Shown here: positions 37,733 to 46,982 of the stretch, in pieces
Layout of the letters: the number at the start of each line of letters is the position of its first letter
Position numbering within the stretch: the first letter of the stretch is position 1
Made by a program: the position numbers and the translations under genes
From: an uncultured Chloroflexia bacterium
GTDB taxonomy: Bacteria; Chloroflexota; Limnocylindria; Limnocylindrales; CSP1-4
Assembly: GCA_963819655.1 (NCBI GenBank)
Contig: CAWFXA010000002.1
Location: 1,312,001 to 1,376,000 of the forward strand
Direction: 5' to 3'
DNA length: 64,000 nt
Notes under the pieces: model-generated
The model's input: only the letters and a program-made list of their open reading frames with translations
Databases searched by the model: none
Told to the model about the DNA's origin: nothing

Positions 37733-39006
37733 GCGTCGACCAGGCGCGCTGCGCGATCTTCCAGATAGCGTCGCTCGGGGAGGCTCGTCGTTCGGCGCGC
37801 GGCGAGCCGGTAGGCGGCCCGCGCGGCGTCTCGGTCGCCGGCCATCTCGAGCAGATGCGCGCGGACCGCTTCGAGGCGATGGTGCCGTGCGATCCGCTCG
37901 TCCGTCTCGAGGGGGGCCAGCATGCGCAGGCCTGCCTCAGGTCCGTTCACCATCGCCGCGGCCACGGCGTGGTTCAGCGTGATCATCGGGTTGGGCGACA
38001 CCTGATCCAGCAACCGGTAGAGGCTGAGAATCTGGGGCCAGTCGGTATCCTCGGCCGTCGCCGCCTCATCGTGGATCGCGGCGATCGCGGCCTGGAGCTG
38101 GTACGGCCCGATCATCCCGAGCGGCAGGGTCGCGGTGATCAGGTCGACGCCCTCGCGGATCGCGACCGGATCCCACTGAGAGCGGTCCTGCTCCGCGAGC
38201 GGCACGAGACTCCCGTCGGGCCGTGTGCGGGCAGCGCGGCGCGCGTCGGTCAGCAGCATGAGTGCCAGCAGGCCGGCCACCTCGGCGTCCTCGGGGAGTC
38301 GCCGATGGACATCGCGCGTGATCCGGATCGCCTCGGCGGCGAGCTCCGGCCGTTGCAGATCGTCCCCGGACGAGGCCGTATAGCCCTCGTTGAAGATCAG
38401 GTACAGGACGTGGAGCACGACCCGCAGACGGTCGGCGCGCTCGGTCTCGGGAGGCATCTCGAAGCGGGCACCGGCCGTCCTGATGCTCGCCTTGGCGCGA
38501 CTGATGCGTTGCGCCATCGTCGCCTCGGGCACGAGGAAGGCCGACGCGATCTGCGCCGTCGTGAGACCCCCGACCGCCCGCAGCGTCAGCGCGAGCTGCG
38601 ACGCGGGCGACAGCGACGGGTGGCAGCACATGAACAGGAGCGTCAGGGCATCGTCCTCGTGTTCGGCGACCTCGGCGGCGTCGGGTGCCGGGACCTGCCA
38701 GGCCTCGGGTGGCATCATCGCGATGGCGGCCGTCTCGCGTCGCTGGCGCGCGGCGTCGCCACGCATCTGGTCGAGCAGGCGCCGCGAGGCGATCGTGATC
38801 AGCCAGCCGCGCGGGTTGTCCGGGATGCCCTCTTCTGGCCATTGCCGCGACGCCGCGAGCAACGCCTCCTGCACCGCGTCCTCGCACGCATCGAACTGGC
38901 CGTTCCGGCGCGTGAGCGCGGCGAGGGCCTGCGGCGCCAGCTGGCGGAGCAGGTCCTCGATGTCGGCCGAGGACGTGGCGGTCGAAGCCGGGTCGGGCCG
39001 GCTCAC
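37729..39006 (-). CDS. ECF sigma factor with long C-terminal extension (ECF42-like)
   Basis: LFMCCHP.L, AFLVPEATMAQRISRAK, YLIFNEGY, YQLQAAIAA.H. Confidence 0.92.
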   Translation of the reverse strand: MSRPDPASTATSSADIEDLLRQLAPQALAALTRRNGQFDACEDAVQEALLAASRQWPEEGIPDNPRGWLITIASRRLLDQMRGDAARQRRETAAIAMMPPEAWQVPAPDAAEVAEHEDDALTLLFMCCHPSLSPASQLALTLRAVGGLTTAQIASAFLVPEATMAQRISRAKASIRTAGARFEMPPETERADRLRVVLHVLYLIFNEGYTASSGDDLQRPELAAEAIRITRDVHRRLPEDAEVAGLLALMLLTDARRAARTRPDGSLVPLAEQDRSQWDPVAIREGVDLITATLPLGMIGPYQLQAAIAAIHDEAATAEDTDWPQILSLYRLLDQVSPNPMITLNHAVAAAMVNGPEAGLRMLAPLETDERIARHHRLEAVRAHLLEMAGDRDAARAAYRLAARRTTSLPERRYLEDRAARLVDA

Positions 39007-39353
39007 ATCTCCGTGCCCGCATCCTCCATGACGGGCCGGATCTCGACCACACCGTATTCGGAAAGCGGGCCGGCGATCTCCTTGGCCCGGTCGAGGCTCT
39101 CAACATCGACCAGGAAGATGCCGGCCAGCTGCTCCTTGACCTCGCCGAACGGTCCGTCGGTCACGGCCGGCGTGCCGTCGCGAAACTCGATGAACGTGCG
39201 CTCGTTGCCGAGACCCTCGACCCGGATCAGTTCGCCGGAGGCCTTGGTTTCGTTGATCGCGGTGTAGTGATTGCCGAGCACCCGATCTGCCTCCTCCGCG
39301 GGCAGGGTCTCCCAGAACGCCATATTCGAGTGGATCAGGATCATGTACTTCAC
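39003..39353 (-). CDS. YciI/DGPF-domain protein
   Basis: TDGPFGEVKEQLAG, VEIRP; AAGGAG RBS then GTG. Confidence 0.9.
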   Translation of the reverse strand: MKYMILIHSNMAFWETLPAEEADRVLGNHYTAINETKASGELIRVEGLGNERTFIEFRDGTPAVTDGPFGEVKEQLAGIFLVDVESLDRAKEIAGPLSEYGVVEIRPVMEDAGTEM

Positions 39354-39403
39354 GGATCGCTCCTTGTGCGCGCGATGCCGCATGAGGGCATCGTCACAGG
39401 AAG

Positions 39404-39474
39404 GTCGAGGCTGGGCGTGGATCCTCGACATTTTGTCCGAGATCCGATGTCGAGAACCGTCGGCCGGCTCCGAC
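39404..39474. promoter_or_regulatory. Two divergent ECF42-type promoters
   Basis: TGTCGA-N17-CGAC on - strand (39430-39404) and on + strand (39448-39474). Confidence 0.75.
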
Positions 39475-39529
39475 TACATGGTGACGCACCCTCACCGGGC
39501 GCCAACGAACTCACGAAGGAGCAAATCAG

Positions 39530-40078
39530 ATGCGCAAGATCATCGCCGGTCTCTTCATCTCCCTCGACGGAGTCGTCGAGGCTCCGCAGGACTGGCACTT
39601 CCCGTACTTCAACGACGAGATGGGCGAAGCGGTCGCCGCCCAGGCGGACGCCGCCGATACGATGCTGTTCGGCCGGAACACGTTCGAGGAGTTCGCCGGC
39701 TTCTGGCCCGAGCAGGGCAGCGACGTGCCGTTCGCAGACGTCATCAACAAGACGCCGAAGGTGCTCGTCTCGACGACCCTCAAGAGCGTCGAGTGGGGCC
39801 CGACGACGATCGTCAGCGACGACGTCATCGAGGCCGTGAGAGCCCTGAAGCAACAGCCCGGCAAGGCCATCTCGATCACCGGCAGCCCGACGCTCGTGCG
39901 CTCGCTGTTGCGAGCGGGCCTCCTCGACGAGCTCCGCCTGCTGGTGCACCCGATCGTGGTCGGGCACGGCAAGCGGCTGTTCGAGACCGAGGACCAGCCC
40001 ATCCCTCTCCGCCTCGTCGAGTCGAAGACGTTCACGACCGGCGTCCAGGCCATGACCTACGCACCGGCAGCCGAATAG
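39530..40078 (+). CDS. Dihydrofolate reductase/RibD C-terminal family protein
   Basis: ISLDGVVE, LFGRNTF, GS.TLVRSLL.AGLLDEL.L...P...G.GKRLF. Confidence 0.9.
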   Translation: MRKIIAGLFISLDGVVEAPQDWHFPYFNDEMGEAVAAQADAADTMLFGRNTFEEFAGFWPEQGSDVPFADVINKTPKVLVSTTLKSVEWGPTTIVSDDVIEAVRALKQQPGKAISITGSPTLVRSLLRAGLLDELRLLVHPIVVGHGKRLFETEDQPIPLRLVESKTFTTGVQAMTYAPAAE

Positions 40079-40119
40079 CAGTTCCCCCAGAATCCCGACA
40101 CGACACAAGGAGGACTTCG

Positions 40120-40914
40120 ATGTCCAGCACGACGCTCCAGTACGTGACCTCCAAAGACGGCACGACCATCGCCTACGACCGCCTCGGAGACGGACCTCCC
40201 GTCGTCCTGGTGAGCGGTGGCTCGGTCGATCGGTCGTCGAATGCCGGACTCGCCGAACAGCTCGCAACCGACTTCACGGTGTTCAACTACGACCGCCGCG
40301 GCCGCGGTCCGTCGGGAGATACCCAGCCGTACGAGATCGAGCGCGAGATCGAGGACATCGATGCGGTGATCGGCGCGGCCGGTGGCTCGGCCGGCCTGTA
40401 CGGGACATCCTCGGGTGCAGCGCTGGCGCTGCTCGCGACGGCCGCCGGCTCACCCGTGACGAAGCTTGCGCTGTGGGAACCGCCGTACATCGTCGACGAC
40501 AGCCGTCCCCGGCCGCCGGCCGACACGGCCAGGATCTATCGCGATCTGGTCGCGCAGGATCGCCGCGGCGACGCGGTCGAGTACTTCATGGCCAAGGTCG
40601 TGGGAATGCCCGAGGAGTTCGTGGCCTCCGCTCGGTCGCAGCCGTGGTGGCCGTGGCAGGAAGCCCTGGCCCACACGCTCGCCTACGACGCCGAGATCAT
40701 GGGCGACTACTCGCTGCCGGTCGACAAGATCACGTCCGTGAAGGTGCCGACGCTCGTCCTGGTCGGCGCCGCGAGCTTCGACTTCTTCGGTCCGACGGCC
40801 AAGGCGCTCGTCGAGGCGATTCCAAACGCCGAGGTCAAGACCCTCGAAGGCCAGGAGCACAACGTCGATCCGACGGTCCTGGCCCCGGTCCTGGCCGAGT
40901 TCTTCGGTCGCTGA
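40120..40914 (+). CDS. Alpha/beta hydrolase
   Basis: SKDGTTIAY, YDRRGRG.S, GTSSG, GQEH; AAGGAGG RBS. Confidence 0.9.
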   Translation: MSSTTLQYVTSKDGTTIAYDRLGDGPPVVLVSGGSVDRSSNAGLAEQLATDFTVFNYDRRGRGPSGDTQPYEIEREIEDIDAVIGAAGGSAGLYGTSSGAALALLATAAGSPVTKLALWEPPYIVDDSRPRPPADTARIYRDLVAQDRRGDAVEYFMAKVVGMPEEFVASARSQPWWPWQEALAHTLAYDAEIMGDYSLPVDKITSVKVPTLVLVGAASFDFFGPTAKALVEAIPNAEVKTLEGQEHNVDPTVLAPVLAEFFGR

Positions 40915-41005
40915 CCGCAGCCTCGTTCCTCTCGCGCCCCGGCCCCCGTCGGTAGGTCGGGGCGCATCCGCGTCCCTCTCGCGCACCCGTTTACACGCGG
41001 GCTGT

Positions 41006-41066
41006 TCTGGTCCTCGTCCGTGCCATGTGACCGGACCTGTCCAGCGAACCAGATTCGCGCGATGCT
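41006..41066 (+). promoter_or_regulatory. Putative MocR-2 operator and -10 (copy A)
   Basis: TCTGGTCCTCGT-N14-CGGACCT-N9-ACCAG, then GATGCT; same layout as 42644-42704. Confidence 0.7.
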
Positions 41067-41099
41067 GCCTCCACGCCACACAGATGGAGGTCACCACCG

Positions 41100-41333
41100 A
41101 TGTACGAGTCCATCCTCCAGGTCCGCGTCGAGGACATCCACGCCGAGATGCTGCGAGATGCCGCGAACTGGCGGCTCGCCAAGCAGGCCCGCGACGGACG
41201 GCATCAGGCCGGCTTCAGCGCCCGGATCCGCCAAGCGCTCGCCCTCGTGATCCGCGCTCAGTCGAGCGCGGCGAGTGCGTCGGCCACGAGCCGCACGCCC
41301 TCCTCGATCTCCGATGCCGTGACGGCGCCGTAG
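41100..41333 (+). CDS. 77-aa small helical protein
   Basis: GGAGGT RBS; MYESILQVRVEDIHAEMLRDAANWRLAKQAR; overlaps 3' end of MocR-2. Confidence 0.65.
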   Translation: MYESILQVRVEDIHAEMLRDAANWRLAKQARDGRHQAGFSARIRQALALVIRAQSSAASASATSRTPSSISDAVTAP

Positions 41334-42664
41334 CTGAGGATCAGGCCGCCCGGCGCCCGGTCCGGATCGCTATAGGTGTGCGCCAGATCGGTCATCCTGA
41401 CCCCGCGCGCCGCAGCACCAGCGACGAGTGCCGCCTCGTTCACGCCGGCCGGCAGCCAGGCCAGGACATGCAGTCCGGCGGACGCTCCGATCGGCCGAAG
41501 ATCGGGCAGGTGTCGGGCCAGGGCGTCGAGGAGCGCGTCGCGACGCTCGCGGTAGAGCGGCCGCATCCGGCGCAGGTGTCGGTCGAATTCACCCTTCGAC
41601 AGGAAGTCCGCGAAGGCCAACTGTTCGAGGCTTGGTGATCCGCGGTCGTTGGCGACCTTCAGCTCCCCGACAGCATCCACGTGCGCTTCGGGGACGATCA
41701 TCCAGCCGAGCCGGAGCCCCGGCGCGAGCGTCTTGCTCGCGGACCCGGCGTACACGACACGCTCGGGCGCCAGCCCGTGGATCGCCCCGATGGGCTCGCG
41801 GTCGTACCGATACTCGGCGTCGTAGTCGTCCTCGAGGATCAGAGCATCTCGCTCGTCCGCCCACGTGAGCAGGTCGGTACGCCGGTCCGGGGCCATCACA
41901 GCGCCTGTCGGATAGTGGTGGGCCGGCGTCAGGAAGACGGCGTCGGCCCCCGAGCGACGGAGTGCCTCGATCGAGATGCCGCCGTCATCGACCGGGATCG
42001 GGACTGCCTCGAGCCCGTGGCGGCGTATGGCGAGACGGCCGTCCGAGTCCCCCGGATCCTCGACCGCGATCCGTCGGCCGCCGCGCGCCTTGACGAGCTG
42101 CGCGATGAGGTCGATGGCCTGCGCGAAGCCGTTGCAGACCACGATGCGCTCCGCGTCGGCCGCGGTGCCGCGCACCCGGTTCAGGTAGGCGGCAAGCGCT
42201 GTTCGGAGCTCCTCTGCGCCCCTTCGGTCGAGGTATGTCAGGCGATCATTCGGCGCCTCGACGAGCACGCGTCGCAGCGAGCGGAGCCAGACCTGGCGGG
42301 GGAACTGCGACACGTCCGGCCGCCCGTACCCGAAGTCGATCCGGATGCTTTGGATCGCGGTGGCGAGCGGGCGCTCGTTGACTGGGACGGTCGCGCGGGT
42401 CGCGACCCGTGTCGCGCCGCCAGGCTGGCTCGTCAGATAGCCCTCGGCCACGAGTTGCTCGTACGCCTCGACGACGACGCCTCGCGACAGGTCGAGTTGC
42501 TCCGCGAGAACGCGGGTCGACGGAAGAGCCGTGTCAGGGGTCAGTCGGCCGAGTCGGATCGCCCCGCGCAGCTCCTGTTCGAGCTGCCGATGGAGCGGGA
42601 TCGTGTCCTCGCGACGGAGCTCCACGAGGAGCTCGGTCGGGAATCTGGTCCTCGTTCTGGGCAT
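41258..42664 (-). CDS. MocR/GabR-family regulator (PdxR-like)
   Basis: LPSTRVLAEQLDLSRGVVVEAYEQLVAEGY; TPAHHYPTG, EDDYDAEYRY, SASKTLAPGLRLGW. Confidence 0.94.
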   Translation of the reverse strand: MPRTRTRFPTELLVELRREDTIPLHRQLEQELRGAIRLGRLTPDTALPSTRVLAEQLDLSRGVVVEAYEQLVAEGYLTSQPGGATRVATRATVPVNERPLATAIQSIRIDFGYGRPDVSQFPRQVWLRSLRRVLVEAPNDRLTYLDRRGAEELRTALAAYLNRVRGTAADAERIVVCNGFAQAIDLIAQLVKARGGRRIAVEDPGDSDGRLAIRRHGLEAVPIPVDDGGISIEALRRSGADAVFLTPAHHYPTGAVMAPDRRTDLLTWADERDALILEDDYDAEYRYDREPIGAIHGLAPERVVYAGSASKTLAPGLRLGWMIVPEAHVDAVGELKVANDRGSPSLEQLAFADFLSKGEFDRHLRRMRPLYRERRDALLDALARHLPDLRPIGASAGLHVLAWLPAGVNEAALVAGAAARGVRMTDLAHTYSDPDRAPGGLILSYGAVTASEIEEGVRLVADALAALD

Positions 42665-42704
42665 CACAGCGGACCTTAACAGACGACCAGTCTGGCGTCA
42701 CGAT
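42644..42704 (+). promoter_or_regulatory. Putative MocR-2 operator and -10 (copy B), overlapping the MocR start
   Basis: TCTGGTCCTCGT-N14-CGGACCT-N9-ACCAG, then CACGAT. Confidence 0.7.
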
Positions 42705-42749
42705 GGTGTCAACGAAAGTCAAACCACCGCCGAAAGCAAGGAGATCGAC

Positions 42750-42878
42750 ATGGAGCTCTTCGCGATCATCGTGACCGTCATCGGAAGCCTGGTCCTTCTC
42801 GACGTCGTCGCCCTCCGCAAGGGCACCGACTCCCGCGACCGCATCGGCGACGACTGGGCCCGCCCGACCATCGCGTAG
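42750..42878 (+). CDS. 42-aa single-TM small protein (RxGxDSR motif)
   Basis: AAGGAG RBS; MELFAIIVTVIGSLVLLDVVALRKGTDSRDRIGDDWARPTIA; paralog of 9470-9619. Confidence 0.75.
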   Translation: MELFAIIVTVIGSLVLLDVVALRKGTDSRDRIGDDWARPTIA

Positions 42879-42979
42879 CGACCGGCCCTCGCGAGAACCT
42901 AGCCGAGCGTCGGCCCGACGCTCGGCTCTTTCATGACCGGCGTTGGACGCATAGAACCGGCCCGGGCAGACTGGCCGGC

Positions 42980-44035
42980 ATGCGACCACGCTTCGCGGCC
43001 GCGCCGCTCCTCGCTGTTCTGGTCACGGCGTGCTCGCCCGCGAGCAGCCCAGGACCGCCGGGCACCCTCGCGCCCAGCCCGACCAACGCGCCCGTCGCGA
43101 CACTTGACGTGCCACCCGCATCGCCGGCCGCGGATCCCGTCCTCATGATCCGAGAGTTCGACGTGCCGTCGGGATCGCATCCGCATGACGTAGCCCCGGC
43201 CGCTGACGGCGGTGTCTGGTACACCGGCCAGCACGTCGGCATGCTGGGTCACCTCGACCCGGCCACCGGCACGATCCGCGAGATCCCACTCGGCAGCGGG
43301 TCATCACCGCACGGCGTGATCGTCGGTCCCGATGGCGCCCCATGGATCACCGATAGCGGCCTCGACGCCATCGTCCGCATCAACCCGGCGACGAACGAGG
43401 TGAAGGCGTACCCGCTGCCCGCCGACCGTAAGGGAGCCAATCTCAACACGGCAGCGTTCGATGGCGACGGCACGCTCTGGTTCACTGGGCAGGGAGGGGT
43501 CTACGGCAGCCTCGATCCGGCGACCGGTGAGATCGTCGTCTTCGACGACCCCGACGGCCGCGGCCCGTACGGCATGACGGCCACGCCCGGCGGCGATGTC
43601 TGGTACGCCTCCCTCGCCGGCAGTCACATCGCGCGCATCGATCGCGAGACCGGCGCCGCGACGGTCGTCGAGCCGCCGACGTCGGAACAGGGCGCGCGAC
43701 GGGTCTGGTCCGACTCGACCGGCCGCATCTGGGTGGCCGAGTGGAACGCCGGCCAGCTCGGCCTGTACGACCCGTCGACCGGTGTGTGGAAGGAATGGCA
43801 GCTGCCCGGCGACGATCCGCAGGCCTACGCCGTGTACGTCGATGACCGCGACATCGTCTGGCTGACCGACTTCGGAGCCAACGCGATCGTCCGATTCGAT
43901 CCGGCGACCGAGCGTTTCGACTCCATCGAGATGCCAAGCGCGGACGCGGCCGTGCGTCAGCTGCTCGGCAGACCGGGAGAGCTGTGGGGCGCCGAATTGG
44001 CCGTCGACAAGCTGGTCGTCGTCACCGAGAGCTGA
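42980..44035 (+). CDS. Vgb (virginiamycin B lyase)-like beta-propeller lipoprotein
   Basis: Lipobox VTAC; PHDV, PHGV..GPDG.PW and PYG repeats. Confidence 0.82.
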   Translation: MRPRFAAAPLLAVLVTACSPASSPGPPGTLAPSPTNAPVATLDVPPASPAADPVLMIREFDVPSGSHPHDVAPAADGGVWYTGQHVGMLGHLDPATGTIREIPLGSGSSPHGVIVGPDGAPWITDSGLDAIVRINPATNEVKAYPLPADRKGANLNTAAFDGDGTLWFTGQGGVYGSLDPATGEIVVFDDPDGRGPYGMTATPGGDVWYASLAGSHIARIDRETGAATVVEPPTSEQGARRVWSDSTGRIWVAEWNAGQLGLYDPSTGVWKEWQLPGDDPQAYAVYVDDRDIVWLTDFGANAIVRFDPATERFDSIEMPSADAAVRQLLGRPGELWGAELAVDKLVVVTES

Positions 44036-44135
44036 GCCGCCAGGCCTGCAGCGGCCATCGAGCCGACCACGGCCGTTGATGTCGCCGTAAGGGTTCGGGC
44101 CCTATGATTCGGTGGCTACGAAATGGAGGTCGTTC

Positions 44136-44528
44136 ATGCTGTCCACCACAAAGGCGTACTCGGGCTTCGCCGCAAAGGACATCACCGCGGAGAAGCGGTT
44201 CTACGGCGAGACGCTCGGCATCGACGTCAACGATCTTTACGATGGCCAGCTCCTGGAGCTGCGCCTCGGGGGCGACAAGCACGTTCTGATCTACGCGAAG
44301 GACGACTTCGTGCCTGCCACCTATACCGTCCTCAATTTCCCCGTGCCGGACGTCGATGCGGCAGTCGATGAGCTGGTCCGATCAGGTGTCGAGATGGCCC
44401 GGTTCGACGGTTTCGACCAGGACGAGAAGGGCATCGCGCGAGGCAACGACGGCCCGACGATCGCCTGGTTCCGTGATCCGGCCGGCAACATCCTTGCTGT
44501 CCACAGCGACGAGGAAGTGCCTGGCTGA
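44136..44528 (+). CDS. VOC/glyoxalase family protein
   Basis: FYGETLG, TVLNF.V.DVD, IAWFRDPAGN. Confidence 0.9.
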   Translation: MLSTTKAYSGFAAKDITAEKRFYGETLGIDVNDLYDGQLLELRLGGDKHVLIYAKDDFVPATYTVLNFPVPDVDAAVDELVRSGVEMARFDGFDQDEKGIARGNDGPTIAWFRDPAGNILAVHSDEEVPG

Positions 44529-44544
44529 CGTCGATCCCGTAACG

Positions 44545-45034
44545 ATGTCCTACCCACCCCCGAGATACGACGGCGACACGGGCCTGGTGAGCGCGCGTCT
44601 GCGGCCAGCGGGCACGGCACCCGAGGTCCGCAACAAGAACGGCGGTACGGCCGAGTACCTCGCGACGGGGGAGTCGACAGGAGGACTCTTCGGGCTGTAC
44701 CGCTGGAACATGTCGGCCACGCCGAGTGGCCCGGATCCGCATTTCCACCGAACGATCTCCGAGGCGTTCTTCGTGATCTCGGGCTCGATCCGCCTGTTCG
44801 ACGGCGCGACCTGGCTCGACACGCAGCCGGGCGATTTCCTGTACGTGCCGGAAGGCGGGATCCATGGGTTCAAGAACGAATCACGAGCAGGACGCGTCGA
44901 TGCTGATCCTCTTCGCCCCCGGCGCTCCACGCGAGGACTATTTCGAGACGCTCGCGCGCGTCTCCGAAGGCCTGACGATGACCGATGACGAGCGCGCCGC
45001 CTTCATGCTCCGGCACGACACCTTCTGGGTGTGA
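44545..45034 (+). CDS. Cupin domain protein; +1 frameshift near 44884
   Basis: PHFHRTISEAF..VPEGGIHGF; shifted frame continues ASMLILFAPGAPREDYFE to TGA 45034. Confidence 0.78.
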
Positions 45035-45038
45035 CGAG

Positions 45039-45434
45039 ATGAGTGATCAGCCACGACCTGCGGGTCACATCGTCCCGTTCGACGACCTCGACCACAGCGA
45101 GCACTCGCACGAGTTCGTCGGCGCGGAGCACGGGGAGGTCCCGTTCTGCGTGATCCTGGTCCACTCGCAGCCGGGTGTCGGTCCGAAGCTCCATCGACAC
45201 CCGTACAGCGAGGTGTTCATCGTCGAGTCGGGCCAGGCCACGTTCCAGATCGGGGAGAACACCGTCGTCGTCGATGGCGGTCATGTCGTCGTCAGCCCGC
45301 CGGGTGAGGCGCACGGGTTCACGAACACCGGCACCGGCGAACTGCGACTGACCGCCATCCACGGGGCGGGCCGTTTCGACACCGAGTGGCTCGCCGGCCC
45401 GGATCCGACCTGGACCTCCCAGCCGAAGCCTTAG
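45039..45434 (+). CDS. Cupin domain protein
   Basis: GPKLHRHPYSEVF, PP..AHGF.N.G. Confidence 0.88.
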   Translation: MSDQPRPAGHIVPFDDLDHSEHSHEFVGAEHGEVPFCVILVHSQPGVGPKLHRHPYSEVFIVESGQATFQIGENTVVVDGGHVVVSPPGEAHGFTNTGTGELRLTAIHGAGRFDTEWLAGPDPTWTSQPKP

Positions 45435-45769
45435 GCGCCGTCGATCCCGAGCTTCACCACGGTCTCGCCGCCGAACGCCATCGGTTCGCCGGTCTGGTAG
45501 GTGTCGGCGATCTCGTTCCAGGCTTTGAAGCCCGGATGCGAGTCGTGCACGTGGTGCCCCTCGCCCGACGCGAAGATCACTGCCACAAGGTACTGGACCG
45601 CACCAGCGACCGGCCGGGATGAGATGTCGAGCCGGTTCAACGTCGCCGCGATCAGCAGTCCGCGCTGCTTGAGATCCTCCCAGACCGGCAGCTCGTGCTC
45701 ACGAAAGCCCGCCTCGAACGCCTCGACCTGGTCCTCGCGAACGTTCAGGACGACCGTCACGGTCTCCAC
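45431..45769 (-). CDS. Hypothetical protein (possible dimeric alpha/beta barrel)
   Basis: GC3-biased ORF; FEAGFREHELP, HHVH. Confidence 0.65.
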   Translation of the reverse strand: METVTVVLNVREDQVEAFEAGFREHELPVWEDLKQRGLLIAATLNRLDISSRPVAGAVQYLVAVIFASGEGHHVHDSHPGFKAWNEIADTYQTGEPMAFGGETVVKLGIDGA

Positions 45770-45772
45770 GGG

Positions 45773-45979
45773 TCAGGCGCGTCGCTTGGACTTCGTCTTC
45801 GGCTCGAAGCGGATGCTGCCGGCGTACGGGCGGATGCCTGTCTCGCGCCCGTCATCCCATCGGACGCGGTACTCGGTCCGGACCTCGTGGAGGATGACCT
45901 CGAGGATCTCGCCGCGACGCTCCGCGATCCCGACCTTCTCCGACTCGACCACGATGCGATCGCCCACCTTGGCGGCCAT
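45773..45979 (-). CDS. DUF1918-family protein
   Basis: AKVGDRIVV..R.GEILEV..YRVRWDDG; AGGAGG RBS. Confidence 0.85.
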   Translation of the reverse strand: MAAKVGDRIVVESEKVGIAERRGEILEVILHEVRTEYRVRWDDGRETGIRPYAGSIRFEPKTKSKRRA

Positions 45980-46081
45980 GCCGCACCTCCTCGTATCCGC
46001 GTTCGTTCGATGTCTGTCCTATTGTCGCTGCCGCGCCCAGGGAACGGTTGGCGCGCCTGCGTTCGCTGCCCCAAGAGGTGA

Positions 46082-46111
46082 CTTGCAACCAGCAAGCGAC
46101 TGGAGTAATGT
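46082..46111 (+). promoter_or_regulatory. Sigma70-type promoter with overlapping palindrome
   Basis: TTGCAA-17-TAATGT; CTTGC-N5-GCAAG over the -35. Confidence 0.5.
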
Positions 46112-46119
46112 TGTTGCCG

Positions 46120-46530
46120 ATGCAACTACAAGCGAATTCCCAACCAAACACCAAGGACGATGCTGCCCGCCGGCTCCTCGCTCGCGGTGGACTCATCGAC
46201 ATCACGACGACAGGTCGCAAGACCGGGCGCGCGCGGCGTATCGAGATCGTGTTCCACAACATCGACGGCCGGATCTTCATCAGCGGGATGCCTCGCGCCG
46301 ATCGCAAGCGCGCGTGGATCCTCAATCTCGAGAAGGACCCACACATGACGGTCCACCTCAAGGGGCCTCTCGCGGCGGACCTGCCGGCGACAGCGCGCGT
46401 CATCACGGATCCAGCCGAACGCCGGGCCGTGGCCGACTGGATCGTCGGGCACGCCTGGCCGCGCATGAACGTCGAGGCGATGGCGGCCTATTCGCCGATG
46501 ATCGAAGTCACGCTCGACGACGCGGCCTAA
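46120..46530 (+). CDS. Deazaflavin (F420)-dependent nitroreductase-like protein
   Basis: ITTTGRKTG..R, W..NL..DP. Confidence 0.8.
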   Translation: MQLQANSQPNTKDDAARRLLARGGLIDITTTGRKTGRARRIEIVFHNIDGRIFISGMPRADRKRAWILNLEKDPHMTVHLKGPLAADLPATARVITDPAERRAVADWIVGHAWPRMNVEAMAAYSPMIEVTLDDAA

Positions 46531-46552
46531 ACGCCCCGCCCAGAATCAGAAA

Positions 46553-46590
46553 CTCGGCCGCCTCCGGCAGTGATGCCAGAGGCGGCCGAG
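46553..46590. terminator. Hairpin between convergent genes
   Basis: CTCGGCCGCCTC..GAGGCGGCCGAG stem. Confidence 0.7.
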
Positions 46591-46606
46591 CTATTGAGCG
46601 CCTGAG

Positions 46607-46810
46607 TTATGCGGCGCGCACCGTCTTGGCGCGCAGGCCCTTGGGGGTCTGCTCGATCTCGAATTCGACCTTCTCGCCCTCGGCAAGGCGATCGAAATCG
46701 AGAGAGGAATTGAGACCGCTCCGATGGAAGAAGTATTCCTTCTCGTCATCGGTCGCGATGAAGCCGAAGCCGCGCTCGGCGACGACTCGCTTGATAGTTC
46801 CGGTGGCCAC
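46607..46810 (-). CDS. csp: Cold-shock protein
   Basis: RGFGFI (RNP1), FFH (RNP2), GLRA..V; GGAGG RBS then GTG. Confidence 0.92.
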   Translation of the reverse strand: MATGTIKRVVAERGFGFIATDDEKEYFFHRSGLNSSLDFDRLAEGEKVEFEIEQTPKGLRAKTVRAA

Positions 46811-46982
46811 TGTGACCTCCAACGCTTTCCCGAACGACGGTTTGGTGAGCGCGACGGTCCGTTCGAGAGGTCGACCACGCGGCGTCGTCACACATTGCGG
46901 CGACGACTCACCGTAGCATGCCGACACGATTCCGTGTGTAGGCTGGCCCGAACGCTTGACGGACTCACCCGGAGGAACTCCC

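Noticed and set aside
37195-39267. Long antisense or alternative-frame ORFs (690 aa here; also 35720-37645, 9737-11140, 53178-54563, 45501-46916 and many more)
   Set aside because: Shadow ORFs of well-supported genes in GC-rich DNA; Arg/Pro/Ala-rich with no motifs
42980-44035. Bona fide antibiotic resistance genes (Vgb-like here; beta-lactamase-like at 3864)
   Set aside because: Family-level similarity only; both appear to be exported generic homologs
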